From Candidatus Eiseniibacteriota bacterium (GTDB taxonomy: Bacteria; Eisenbacteria; RBG-16-71-46; SZUA-252): 64,000 bases of DNA. This document shows, one piece after another, positions 10,927-20,825 of the stretch. The notes beneath the pieces are model-generated. The model ran no database searches. It had not been told where the DNA came from and saw nothing but the letters and a program-made list of their open reading frames with translations. Both the position numbers and the translations under genes were made by a program. The DNA is taken from assembly GCA_963703225.1 (NCBI GenBank), contig OY969801.1:2432001-2496000 (forward strand), read 5' to 3'. The first letter of the stretch is position 1, and each line of letters starts with the position of its first letter.

Positions 10927-12369
10927 ATGAAGAAGAAAGCGATCGGCCTGGGCAAGCGGATCCACGCCCTCCGGCAGAGGGAGGGCCTGACCCAGGTTGC
11001 GCTCGCCGCAAGGCTGGGGATCTCGGCTTCCTACCTGAATCTCATCGAGAACGACCGACGCCCCCTCAGCGCGAACCTTCTCCTCGCGCTGGCGAGGACG
11101 TTCGACCTCGATCTGCGCGCCTTTGCCCCGGGGGAGGACGCCAAGCTCGTATCCGACCTCTTGGAGGCCTTCGGCGATCCGCTCTTCGAGGAGCGAAAGC
11201 TGACCGAGAGCGAGGTCCGGGACTTCGTTGCGGGGAGCCCGGAGATCGCCCGTGCGGTGACCCACCTCCACCACGCCTATACGGCGGCCCGCGCGTCGGC
11301 CGAGTCGATTGCCGCACAGGTCCTCGACCGCCAGGACCTTCTGGGCGTCGACCGCGCCGGGCTCGCAGCCGAGGAGGTCTCCGACCTGATCCAGAGACAC
11401 GTGAACCACTTCCCCGAGCTGGAGGAAGAGGCGGAGCGACTCTGGGTCGAGGGGAAGCTTGAGGATCACGATCTTTTCGAAGGGATCGCGGGATACCTCG
11501 AACGGGCTCACGGCGTCGCGGTGCGGATCCTCAAGGTCGGCGAAATGGAGGGAGCGGTCCGCCGGTTCGATCCGGAGCGAAGCGAGCTCCAGATCTCGGA
11601 GGTACTCAGGCGAGGCTCGCGCAACTTCCAGCTCGCCCATCAGGCCGGCCTCCTCGCCTGCTCGGCGACGCTCGACCGGATCACCCGGGACCCTCTCCTC
11701 ACTTCGGCCGGGTCCCGCGCGCTTTGCCGGGTGGCTCTGGCCAACTACTTCGCCGGAGCCGTGGTCACCCCCTACGAGCCCTTTTTCCGCGCGGCCGAGG
11801 ACGAGCGGTATGACCTCGACCTGCTGGGGCACCGTTTCCGGGTCAATTTCGAGCAGGTCTGCCACCGTCTGACGACCCTGAACCGGCCGGGCGCGCGCGG
11901 GATACCCCTCCACATGGTCCGGATCGATATTGCCGGCAACATCTCGAAGAAGTTCAGCGCGACCGGGCTCCGGTTTCCTCGATTTGGCGGACTCTGTCCC
12001 CTGTGGAACGTGCACGCCGCGTTTCTGCAGCCGGGCGTGATCCGGGCGCAGCTCGACCGGCTCCCCGACGGAACGATGTTCTTCTCGGTGGCGCGGACGA
12101 TCCGAAAGCACCGCGGCGGCTACCACGCCCCGGAAGTCCTCTACTCGATCGGCCTCGGCTGCGACGTGGAGTCGGCGGAGCGGATGGTCTACGCGGACGG
12201 ATTCGACCTGAAGAACCCGGCGGGCGCGGCTCCGGTTGGGATCACCTGCCGCCTCTGCGAGCGTCTCGACTGCCGTGCCCGCGCGTTCCCATCGATCTAC
12301 CAGCCGCTTCGGGTGGACGAAAATGTACGGGGCGTTTCGTTCTTCGCGAGGCCGGAAGGAGATCGGTAG
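10927..12369 (+). CDS. XRE-family short-chain fatty acyl-CoA regulator (RamB/PrpR/ScfR type)
   Basis: HTH LGISASYLNLIE, FQLAH, LANYFAGA, EQVCHRLTTL, R.DIAGN.SK, C-terminal CRLCERLDC; divergent from aceBA. Confidence 0.93.
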   Translation: MKKKAIGLGKRIHALRQREGLTQVALAARLGISASYLNLIENDRRPLSANLLLALARTFDLDLRAFAPGEDAKLVSDLLEAFGDPLFEERKLTESEVRDFVAGSPEIARAVTHLHHAYTAARASAESIAAQVLDRQDLLGVDRAGLAAEEVSDLIQRHVNHFPELEEEAERLWVEGKLEDHDLFEGIAGYLERAHGVAVRILKVGEMEGAVRRFDPERSELQISEVLRRGSRNFQLAHQAGLLACSATLDRITRDPLLTSAGSRALCRVALANYFAGAVVTPYEPFFRAAEDERYDLDLLGHRFRVNFEQVCHRLTTLNRPGARGIPLHMVRIDIAGNISKKFSATGLRFPRFGGLCPLWNVHAAFLQPGVIRAQLDRLPDGTMFFSVARTIRKHRGGYHAPEVLYSIGLGCDVESAERMVYADGFDLKNPAGAAPVGITCRLCERLDCRARAFPSIYQPLRVDENVRGVSFFARPEGDR

Positions 12370-12387
12370 GGGCCGAGCCGGAAACCG

Positions 12388-12522
12388 CTAGACGTGGAAG
12401 AACTGATACATGCAAAGCTGCGCCACGGTCCAAATGTTGAGGACGACCCCGGTGATGGGGAGGAGCAAGGCGAGCAGGAAGCGGACGCCGATGCCGCGGG
12501 TGCTATGGCGGAGTAGTTCCAC
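12388..12522 (-). CDS. Possible 44-aa small membrane protein
   Basis: (M)ELLRHSTRGIGVRFLLALLLPITGVVLNIWTVAQLCMYQFFHV fills an intergenic gap; GTG start, no clear RBS. Confidence 0.35.
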   Translation of the reverse strand: MELLRHSTRGIGVRFLLALLLPITGVVLNIWTVAQLCMYQFFHV

Positions 12523-12565
12523 ATCAAGTCTATCGGCAAACGCCGCCAGGCCTTGAGTGATTCCC

Positions 12566-13888
12566 CTACGGCGCTTTGACCCGCGCGCGGCTCGTCCGAT
12601 CGACCATCACGACCCCGCCCTTCATCACCCATCGCACTCCGTCGATCACCGCGTTAATGTCGGCGAGGGGATCCCCCTCGACCGCAACGATGTCGGCGAA
12701 ATACCCGGGTAGGACGGCGCCAATCTCTTTCTCCATGCCGAGGAGGGCCGCGCCGTTCGTGGTCGCCGTCGCCAGGGCCTGCGTGGGGGTCAACCCGGCC
12801 TTCACAAACCACCCCAGCTCACGCGAGTTCTCCCCGAACATGGTGAAGACAGCGTCGGAGCCCATTGCCACCTTGACCCCCGCCTTGACGGCGCGCCTTA
12901 GCGTCGCGAGATTCCGCTCCCGATAGGCATCAAGCCGGGCCACCGCCGCGGAGTCGTAGCCGAATTCGGAGGCGTGCTCGGCGTAGTAGCGGTTGTGGTC
13001 GATCGTCGGGACATAGAACGTCCCCCGCTTGACCATCTCTCGGAGCGTCGCATCATCCATGTCGGTCGCGTGCTCGACGGAGGCTGCTCCCGCTCGAACC
13101 GCGTCGCGCGCCGCATCCGGCCCGTAGGAATGGATCGCGACCCGCTTCCCCCGAGCCTGGGCGGCGTCGACGGCCACTTTCATCTCTTCGTAGGTATAGG
13201 TCTCGTCCCCCGTCACGTCGTCGGCGCTTCCGGTGGAGCCGTACATCTTGATCACGTCCGCGCCCGCGGCGATGTTCTCCCGCACCGCGCGCAGGATCTC
13301 CCCTGTGCCGTTGGCGAGCCCCCCGTCCGGCTCCGCGTAACCGGGCCGAAAGGGCTGGTATGTCCCGTGGAGGCCGTGGCCGCAGACGAACATTCGCGGC
13401 CCTACCATGGCGCCCCGGTTGATCAGATTTCGCATCGCGACGTCCATGTAATCCCACGATCCCAGGTCGCGAACCGTCGTGACCCCGGCTTCGAGGGTTC
13501 GGCGGGCGTTCTCTTGGGCGAGATAGACCGTTTCGGATGTGCGTCGTGCCCCCAGTTGCCCCCACGGATCGCTTCCCCGGGCGCGGTCCCAGTAGTAGGT
13601 CATGTGCGTATGGACGTCGATGAGACCGGGGATGGCGGTGTATCTCTTGAGGTCGATCACCTGCGCCCCGTCCGGGATGGCGGTGCGCGCGGCGGGGCCA
13701 GAGGCGCGGACGCGGTCCCCCTCGACGACGACGACCGCGTTCGAGATCACGCCTCCCTTGCCGTCGATGAGGCGGCCGAACTGGAGCGCGATCGGAGACG
13801 CGGCGGCCGGATCCAACCCACCGAGCGACCAAACCGCGAGCGCGACCGCCGTCAGGGCCGAAGCCCGATGCACGACGGATCCGGTCAC
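12566..13888 (-). CDS. Exported metal-dependent amidohydrolase (Xaa-Pro dipeptidase-like)
   Basis: Signal peptide, PGLIDVHTH, GVTTVRDLG, IK, AIH, VEH, GSDA motifs. Confidence 0.92.
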   Translation of the reverse strand: MTGSVVHRASALTAVALAVWSLGGLDPAAASPIALQFGRLIDGKGGVISNAVVVVEGDRVRASGPAARTAIPDGAQVIDLKRYTAIPGLIDVHTHMTYYWDRARGSDPWGQLGARRTSETVYLAQENARRTLEAGVTTVRDLGSWDYMDVAMRNLINRGAMVGPRMFVCGHGLHGTYQPFRPGYAEPDGGLANGTGEILRAVRENIAAGADVIKMYGSTGSADDVTGDETYTYEEMKVAVDAAQARGKRVAIHSYGPDAARDAVRAGAASVEHATDMDDATLREMVKRGTFYVPTIDHNRYYAEHASEFGYDSAAVARLDAYRERNLATLRRAVKAGVKVAMGSDAVFTMFGENSRELGWFVKAGLTPTQALATATTNGAALLGMEKEIGAVLPGYFADIVAVEGDPLADINAVIDGVRWVMKGGVVMVDRTSRARVKAP

Positions 13889-13913
13889 TCGGTCTCCTTC
13901 CTTCTATCGCGCA

Positions 13914-14393
13914 CTAGTTGCCCAACACGCTCTTCGAAATCGGGTCGATCAGGCCCATCAGCGCGGTCTTCTCGGTGGCGCCCACCTTCTGAGCATCCGC
14001 CGCGGACGCGAGCGCTCCGTTCACCGCGTTCACCGCGTCGGCGTCCATGCCCTTGCCCGAAAGCGCCTGCTTCAGGTCCGCGCCCGGATTCGGCGGCGCC
14101 ATTCCGCTCGCCTTGGCGATCTCATTCACCAAGCCCAGCTTCGCGCTCGAGATCGCGTCCGCGTTCAGAAACTTGGTGACCGCGGGATTGCTCGAAAGAT
14201 TGGACGCGAACGAGTCCGCGAGGTTGTTGACGCTCGACACGCCTCCGAGGCTTTCCATCAGGCTCTTGCTGGCCGTCGCCGTCATGGAGTTTCCAGCGGT
14301 GGTGCTGGTGGTCGATTTGCTGCAGCCCATTCCGCCGATCAGCAGGAAACAGAAAGCGAGCGCGCCGAGACCGAGAACGTGAGAACGCTTCAT
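13914..14393 (-). CDS. Lipoprotein resembling a group I truncated (2/2) globin, lacking the proximal His
   Basis: Lipobox-like GMGC, Ser/Thr linker, then SLMESLGG...F......NP....FL...ASG...G.DLKQAL.G.GM pattern; AAGGAGGAG RBS. Confidence 0.7.
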   Translation of the reverse strand: MKRSHVLGLGALAFCFLLIGGMGCSKSTTSTTAGNSMTATASKSLMESLGGVSSVNNLADSFASNLSSNPAVTKFLNADAISSAKLGLVNEIAKASGMAPPNPGADLKQALSGKGMDADAVNAVNGALASAADAQKVGATEKTALMGLIDPISKSVLGN

Positions 14394-14572
14394 GGGACTC
14401 CTCCTTGGTTCCGTGTGGCCGTACGTCGAGAGTGCGGACCAAAGAGTCTACCCACTCCTGAGCGGCGGTATCAATCAGGGGATTTCGCCCCAATGAGTGC
14501 TACTCGCCCGGTCGTACTGGGGGTAATGTCCTCTGTCTTACCAGCGTTGGAGGGTCGAGCGTGGGAGAGAAG

Positions 14573-15721
14573 ATGGGCAGTATTTCGGACCGCTCGACCG
14601 CGGTCTGGCTCGCGGCGGCACTCGTATTGTTCAGCTGCCCGCGTGCTACCTCGGCACAGGCCCCCCATGACTCCACCCAGGCGCTCGTCAAAGGGGAAAT
14701 CCTCAAGACGAGGAACACTTCGATCAGCGCGTACCCGTACGCCTATTACACTCCCGAGACCCAGCTCGCCTTCGGCGCCGGGGGGATCGTCACCTTCTAT
14801 ACGTCCGAAGAGAAGATCCTCCGGCCTTCCAAGGCGACCGTCTCCGCTTACTACACCAGCAACGGCCAATACAAGTTCTCGCTCTCGCCCCAGCTCTACT
14901 TCGGGCAGAACACGCTCTTCATGTCCGCCGATGTGACTTACGGGTACTACGTCGACAAGTATTGGGGCATCGGGAATGACACTCCCGACAATAACGACGA
15001 GGACTATACATCGCGGGCGTTTGGGCTGGACGCCAACGTCCAGGTCAAGCCACCCAAAGACTTCATCGGCAACACCCGAACGGGGCTCGTCCTGGACTTC
15101 TGGGACAGCAGTATCGCGGACAAGAAGACCAACCCCTACCTTTTGAGCGGCGAAACGAAGGGCTCCGATGGTGGGATTTCCTCAGGGTTGGGGGTGAACC
15201 TGATCTGGGATACGCGGGACGAGATCTTTTGGCCGATGAAGGGCGGGTACAGCCAGGGAAAGGCCGTCTTCTACGGGCCGACCCTGGGGAGCGACTTCAA
15301 TTTCAACAAGTACGAGGTCGATCTACGTCAATACAAGTCCATCGGCTCCGGAACGGTCTTGGCGGCTCAGGTCTACCTCAATTCGGTCGCCGGCTCGCCG
15401 CCCTTCTATGATTATCCCGCGCTGGGCGGGCAGAAGATTATGCGCGGCTACTACCAGGGACGCTACCGGGACAAGGTCTATCTGGCGACGCAAGCGGAAT
15501 ACCGCGCGCACCTATGGAAGCGATTCGGCTACGTCTTGTTCGCGGGATTCGGCGATGTCGCGGGCCGATTCAATGACTTTCGGCTCCGGGCCATGAAGAC
15601 GTCCCTCGGGGCCGGCCTCCGCTGCAGGTTCAGCAAGGCCGAGAAGGTGAATCTTCGGGTCGACATGGGTTTCGGAAGGAATGCAAGCGGTGTCTACTTC
15701 GGGCTCGAAGAGGCCTTCTAG
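14573..15721 (+). CDS. Omp85 (BamA/TamA family) outer-membrane barrel with no room for POTRA domains
   Basis: Signal peptide, P..YY.PET...G, WDTRD, LGG...MRGY..GRYRD, C-terminal F. Confidence 0.88.
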   Translation: MGSISDRSTAVWLAAALVLFSCPRATSAQAPHDSTQALVKGEILKTRNTSISAYPYAYYTPETQLAFGAGGIVTFYTSEEKILRPSKATVSAYYTSNGQYKFSLSPQLYFGQNTLFMSADVTYGYYVDKYWGIGNDTPDNNDEDYTSRAFGLDANVQVKPPKDFIGNTRTGLVLDFWDSSIADKKTNPYLLSGETKGSDGGISSGLGVNLIWDTRDEIFWPMKGGYSQGKAVFYGPTLGSDFNFNKYEVDLRQYKSIGSGTVLAAQVYLNSVAGSPPFYDYPALGGQKIMRGYYQGRYRDKVYLATQAEYRAHLWKRFGYVLFAGFGDVAGRFNDFRLRAMKTSLGAGLRCRFSKAEKVNLRVDMGFGRNASGVYFGLEEAF

Positions 15722-15759
15722 GGGGGCCCGGCGTCCACAAAGCGGTGTCTCGGCCGGGC

Positions 15760-15788
15760 TTGACGGGTCTTTCGCGTACTCCTAGACT
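15760..15788 (+). promoter_or_regulatory. Sigma70-type promoter for the DUF748-ABC operon
   Basis: TTGACG(15760-15765)-17 bp-TAGACT(15783-15788). Confidence 0.65.
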
Positions 15789-15842
15789 CTCGGCACAGAT
15801 TCCCACCAAGTATCGATCGCCGCCACGGGACACGCGAACGCC

Positions 15843-18755
15843 TTGCTCGCAATTCCCAAGAAAACCCTGATCGTTATTGCAGTGGGCCTTGTCCTCTATG
15901 GCTTGGTCGGCTTTCTGGTCGTGCCCGGCATGATTCGCACGGCAATACTCAAGAATCTCGGCGAAACGGTAACCACCCAGGCGAAGCTCGAGAAGGTTCG
16001 CGTCAATCCCTTTGCGCTCTCTCTCACGCTGAAGCGCCTGGCCATACCGGACTCCCGCGGCCAGACCGCGGTCGGCTTCGAGAAGCTCTACCTCCGATTC
16101 AACATTTTCTCCCCGTTCTTCGGCGCGTGGACGCTCGACGAGCTGCGCGTGGACAAACCGCTTGTGAACGTCGCCATCATGGGGGATCGATCACTCAGCC
16201 TACAGGCGATCCTCCGCCCGCAGGCCGCGCCGCCGGACACGAGCGCGACACCACCCGTCCTCCTGATCCGGCACCTACGGATCGCCGATGGAACCGTCAC
16301 CTATGAAGATCTCTCGCGTCAGCCCGAGTTCAAGGAGGCGCTGATCCCGATCCAGATCGAGCTCAAAGATTTCACGACCCGCCGCGACCGCAGAAACGAG
16401 TACTCCCTCGACGCGAAGACGGATCGGGGCGAGATCTTGGCCTGGAACGGCCGCTTCACGATGCAGCCATTCACATCGCAGGGCCGCATTCGCGTGGGGA
16501 ACCTTCAAGCCAAGACGATCGAGGACTTCGAGGGCGGGGTTGCGCCCTACCAGTTCTCCCGCGGGACGATCGATTTCGGCGCCGACTATCGGGTCGACGC
16601 GGCCGAGGCGCCGGCACGGTTCGGGTTAACCGATATGGGGGTCTCGATCCGGGATCTCGCCCTCGCCGACCGCGTGACGGGTGAGGAGTCGATCGCCGCG
16701 GCGACAATCGACACCAAGGCCGGCGAGATTCGCTCGGACCTCCTCGACGCGAACCTCGGCACCGTGACCGTCGACAGCCTCCATGTTCTCGTCTGGATGG
16801 ATTCGACCGGGACCACCAACCTGCAGCGCTGGTCCCAGGCTCCGGCCGACACCGCCGCCCCGTGGATCACACGAATCGTGCTGGCGACGGTTGGCCGCGC
16901 CGAAATCGAGTACCAGGACCGGAGGCTCGACCCGCCCGCCGTCCTCCAGCTCCACGGCGCGACGGCGGAGCTGAAGGGCTATAGCTCCGCGCCCGGAACG
17001 GTGGTGCCGTTCACCGCCGCCTGTAGCACCGGCACCGGCGGACGCGCCGCCGCCGTGGGTTCGCTGATTCCGAGCGCGGGCGCGGTGGACGTCGAGGTTC
17101 AGCTCGACGATTTCGACTTGAAGCAGATTCAGCCGTACGTGTCGGCGGTCGCCAGGCTCGACATCACCAACGGGGTTGTGGGAGCGAAGGGCCGGCTCCG
17201 CTTCAACAGCTTTGGCGCGGCCGGGCCGATGCTTCGATTCACGGGGGAGGTGGTCTCGTCTAAGTTCTCGAGCACGGACCGGAAGATCCAGCAGGAATTC
17301 ATGAGCTGGCAGAAGCTAGAGCTGAAGGGATTCGAGTACGACCAGGAGCCGGCGCGTGTCCTCGCACGGGAAATCGTCGCGACCAAGCCCTACATCCGGT
17401 TCGTGATCGCGCCCGATCTCACCTCCAGCGTGCAGTCGATCGCGGTGGCACCCGACTCGGTGCCGCCCGCGTTTCGTCCCAAGCCCGACGCCCCGGACAC
17501 GATCCCGACCATCATCCAGATGGTCCGGATCGTCGACGGCTCCATGTACTTCGCCGATCTCTCCCTCACCCCCAACTTCGCCACCGGCATCGAGGAGCTG
17601 AACGGCACCATCAGCGAGCTCTCGTCGGCGCAGGCAGCGCACGCGGCGATCGATCTCCAAGGCAAGGTGGACGAGTACGCCCCGGTGACCTTCGCCGGAA
17701 CCATCAATCCGCTGAACACCCACGGGATCACCGATGTCTCCACCAAGTTCGAGAACATCGAACTCACAACCTTTTCGCCCTATTCGGGCAAGTTCATGGG
17801 GTATCAGATCGAGAAGGGAAAGCTCGATCTCGACCTCCACTATTTCATCGAAGATCGAAAGCTGAAGGCCGAGAACAGGATTTTGATGCGTCAGCTCACT
17901 TTGGGTGAAAAGGTGCCGAGCCCGGACGCCACGAGCCTCCCGGTCAAGTTCGCGATCGCGCTCCTCAAGGACAAGGACGGGAACATCGATCTCAACCTCC
18001 CGGTCCATGGGGATCTCGACGATCCCAAGTTCAGCGTCTTTCCGATCATCATGAAGGTGCTGGTTCAGCTGGTGGTCAAGGCGGTCACCTCCCCGTTCAA
18101 GCTCTTCGGCGCCATCTTCGGGGGCGACGACGAGGAGGTGGCGCCCGCGATCCGCTTCCCGTACGGGAGCGCGGCATTGGACACGACCGAGATCCCAAAG
18201 CTGGACGCGATCCACAAGGGGCTCGCCGACCGACCCGCGCTCAAGCTCGAGATCGAGCAGGCGGGCCAGCGCGAGCGCGACTCCCTGGCGGTGGTCGACC
18301 TGCGATTCATCCAGCGGCTGCGTGAGGCCTCGGGCGCGACCCGGGGAAAGGTCCCGGAGCCGTCGATGGTGGCCGCTGCGGCGCTCCGCGCGCCAGCCGG
18401 ATACAACGCCATGGACTACGCGCAGGATCTCTCCAGCACCTATGTCGCCCAGTTCGGAAAGGTCCCTCCGCTGGAGAAGCCGCAGGGGAAGGCGCCAAAG
18501 GGCGCCGGCGCCGACAGCGCCCTCCTGAACGCCGAAGCGAGGCGCCTGGCATCGATGGAGGAGCGCGTCCGCTCGACCCTCCGCGTCAGCTCGGACGAGG
18601 TCTCTGGGATTGCCGTCGAGCGGGCCCGGAGCATTCAGGGATATCTGCTCCGCGACACCACCGTGGTCGCGGACCGCATCTTCATCGTCGCCAACAAGGA
18701 CTCCTATCGGCCGGACAGCGCAGGCGTGCGGGTAGGTTTGACCTTGACCGACTAG
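15843..18755 (+). CDS. DUF748 domain AsmA-like protein with OmpA-like C-terminus
   Basis: N-terminal anchor, VRVNPFAL, repeated beta-rich units, PYSGKFMGY.IEKGKL, LLKD.DG.IDL.LPV.G.LDDP.FS, terminal ERA..I..YL. Confidence 0.9.
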   Translation: MLAIPKKTLIVIAVGLVLYGLVGFLVVPGMIRTAILKNLGETVTTQAKLEKVRVNPFALSLTLKRLAIPDSRGQTAVGFEKLYLRFNIFSPFFGAWTLDELRVDKPLVNVAIMGDRSLSLQAILRPQAAPPDTSATPPVLLIRHLRIADGTVTYEDLSRQPEFKEALIPIQIELKDFTTRRDRRNEYSLDAKTDRGEILAWNGRFTMQPFTSQGRIRVGNLQAKTIEDFEGGVAPYQFSRGTIDFGADYRVDAAEAPARFGLTDMGVSIRDLALADRVTGEESIAAATIDTKAGEIRSDLLDANLGTVTVDSLHVLVWMDSTGTTNLQRWSQAPADTAAPWITRIVLATVGRAEIEYQDRRLDPPAVLQLHGATAELKGYSSAPGTVVPFTAACSTGTGGRAAAVGSLIPSAGAVDVEVQLDDFDLKQIQPYVSAVARLDITNGVVGAKGRLRFNSFGAAGPMLRFTGEVVSSKFSSTDRKIQQEFMSWQKLELKGFEYDQEPARVLAREIVATKPYIRFVIAPDLTSSVQSIAVAPDSVPPAFRPKPDAPDTIPTIIQMVRIVDGSMYFADLSLTPNFATGIEELNGTISELSSAQAAHAAIDLQGKVDEYAPVTFAGTINPLNTHGITDVSTKFENIELTTFSPYSGKFMGYQIEKGKLDLDLHYFIEDRKLKAENRILMRQLTLGEKVPSPDATSLPVKFAIALLKDKDGNIDLNLPVHGDLDDPKFSVFPIIMKVLVQLVVKAVTSPFKLFGAIFGGDDEEVAPAIRFPYGSAALDTTEIPKLDAIHKGLADRPALKLEIEQAGQRERDSLAVVDLRFIQRLREASGATRGKVPEPSMVAAAALRAPAGYNAMDYAQDLSSTYVAQFGKVPPLEKPQGKAPKGAGADSALLNAEARRLASMEERVRSTLRVSSDEVSGIAVERARSIQGYLLRDTTVVADRIFIVANKDSYRPDSAGVRVGLTLTD

Positions 18756-18761
18756 CCCGCC

Positions 18762-19493
18762 ATGGCCGCCATCGAGGTAAAGAGCCTCCGGAAGGCCTAC
18801 GGCGAGCTTGTCGCCGTCGACGGCGTTTCCTTCGAGGTAAACGGGGGCGAGTGCTTTGGCCTCCTCGGCCCGAACGGGGCTGGCAAGTCGACGACCATCA
18901 ACTGCGTCGTTGGAGCCCTGCGGCCGGACGCCGGCGAGATCCAGATCGACGGGGACTCCGATCCCACCCGCCCCGCGGTCCGCATGAAGATCGGCGTGGC
19001 CCCTCAGCCGATCGCGCTCTACGAGGAGTTGACCGCCGAGGAGAATCTCACCTTCTTCGGGTCCCTCTACGGCCTCGCGGGAGGCCTTCTCAAGGAGCGA
19101 ATCGAGATGGCCCTCGAGTTCTCGGGGCTCGCCGGGCGTCGGAAGGATCGCGTCAGTACCTATTCGGGCGGCATGCAGCGGCGTCTCAACTTGGTCTGCG
19201 GCATCCTCCACGATCCGCCCGTGATCCTTCTCGACGAGCCGACCGTCGGGGTCGATCCTCAATCGCGCAACCTGATTTTCGAGAACATCGAGGCGTTGAA
19301 GCGCCTCGGCAGGACCATCGTCTACACCACCCATTACATGGAAGAGGCGCAGCGCCTCTGCGATCGCGTGGCGATCATCGATCAGGGGAAGATCCTCGCG
19401 CTCGACACCGTCGAGGGGTTGTTGAAAGCGCACGGCGGGCCTGATCTGGAGAGCGTGTTCCTCCGCCTGACCGGACGAAAGCTGAGAGATTGA
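18762..19493 (+). CDS. ABC-2 type exporter ATP-binding protein
   Basis: GPNGAGKS, YSGGM, LLDEPT. Confidence 0.95.
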   Translation: MAAIEVKSLRKAYGELVAVDGVSFEVNGGECFGLLGPNGAGKSTTINCVVGALRPDAGEIQIDGDSDPTRPAVRMKIGVAPQPIALYEELTAEENLTFFGSLYGLAGGLLKERIEMALEFSGLAGRRKDRVSTYSGGMQRRLNLVCGILHDPPVILLDEPTVGVDPQSRNLIFENIEALKRLGRTIVYTTHYMEEAQRLCDRVAIIDQGKILALDTVEGLLKAHGGPDLESVFLRLTGRKLRD

Positions 19494-19513
19494 GCCTGGA
19501 GACAAGCTGATCC

Positions 19514-20794
19514 ATGAAAGCCATTCTGACGATCGCGATCAAAGATCTCCGAATCCTCGCCCGAGACAGGGCGGGATTCTTCTGGGTGCTCGGCTTTCCG
19601 TTCCTCCTGGCCCTCTTCTTCGGCGCCATCGCGTCAGGCGGAAGCGACAATCGCGCCCCGATGGCGATCGCGGTCGTCGATAGGGACGGAACCGACTACT
19701 CGCGGGCGTTTCTCGCGGAGCTCCGAAAATCGGAAGCGCTCAAGGTGAGCGTGGCGCCGCTCGACTCCGCGCATCAACTGGTTCGCCAAGGAAAGCTGGT
19801 CGCCTACGTCGCGCTCTGGCCCGGCGTGGGGCGCTCGTTCGGGTTTGGCGGCGACAGCGCGAGGATCGAGCTGGGGCTGGACCCCAGCCGACGGGCCGAA
19901 GCCGGCTACCTCCAGGGCCTGGTGACGGCGGCCACCTTCACGACCATGCGCAGCCAATTTTCCGCGGGCGGGGGTGGACGGGAGATGATCAGGCTTAATT
20001 TGGCGGCGCTACAGAACGACACCACGCGCTCGAGCGAAGACCGGCGCCGGCTGGCGGGCGTTCTCACGAACCTCGAGCGATTCATGGTGTCGCTCGATTC
20101 CACCGAGTCGGCTCAGGGCGCGGGCGGCGGGGCCGGCGCCGCGAACGGCGGTCCCAGGATCAAGGTCGTGGACATCGCCGAGGAGGAGACCGGACCGCGG
20201 AACGCCTTCGAGATCACGTTTCCATCCTCCGTCATGTGGGCGATGATCGGGGTCTGCATGAGCTTCGCGATTTCGATCGTGCACGAGCGGATTCGAGGGA
20301 CGTTCCTCCGTCTCCGCCTCGCCCCTATCTCCCGCGCTCAGGTGCTCGCCGGGAAGGGCCTCGCCGCGTTCGTTGCCGCCCTCGGCGCGACCACGTTGCT
20401 CCTCTTCGTCGCGGCGACATTCTTCCACGTGCGGATCACGAACCCGACGGCCCTGGCCGTGGCGCTGATCTCCGCAGCCTTTTGCTTCACGGGAATCATG
20501 ATGTTGATCTCGGTGTTCGGCCGGACCCACTCCGCGGTCGCCGGGGCCGGCTGGGCTGTGCTTCTGGTGATGTCGATGACCGGCGGGGGGATGATCCCCC
20601 TCATCGCCATGCCGGCGTGGATGCAGTCGGTGAGTAATTTCAGCTTGGTGAAGTGGGGCGTGCTGGCGGTGGAGGGAGCGATTTGGCGAGGGTTTTCGCC
20701 CGCGGAGATGGTGCTACCGGTGGCGATTCTCTTGGCCGCCGGCGTCGCGGGTTTCGCGATCGGCGCCAGCGTGCTTGCACGGTCGGAAGGATAA
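19514..20794 (+). CDS. ABC-2 type exporter permease
   Basis: One TM, a large loop, then five TMs; ER..GTF.RL...P motif; follows the ATPase. Confidence 0.92.
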   Translation: MKAILTIAIKDLRILARDRAGFFWVLGFPFLLALFFGAIASGGSDNRAPMAIAVVDRDGTDYSRAFLAELRKSEALKVSVAPLDSAHQLVRQGKLVAYVALWPGVGRSFGFGGDSARIELGLDPSRRAEAGYLQGLVTAATFTTMRSQFSAGGGGREMIRLNLAALQNDTTRSSEDRRRLAGVLTNLERFMVSLDSTESAQGAGGGAGAANGGPRIKVVDIAEEETGPRNAFEITFPSSVMWAMIGVCMSFAISIVHERIRGTFLRLRLAPISRAQVLAGKGLAAFVAALGATTLLLFVAATFFHVRITNPTALAVALISAAFCFTGIMMLISVFGRTHSAVAGAGWAVLLVMSMTGGGMIPLIAMPAWMQSVSNFSLVKWGVLAVEGAIWRGFSPAEMVLPVAILLAAGVAGFAIGASVLARSEG

Positions 20795-20825
20795 GAGAAG
20801 GTTTTGGTACTCGGCCAGGGCCACC

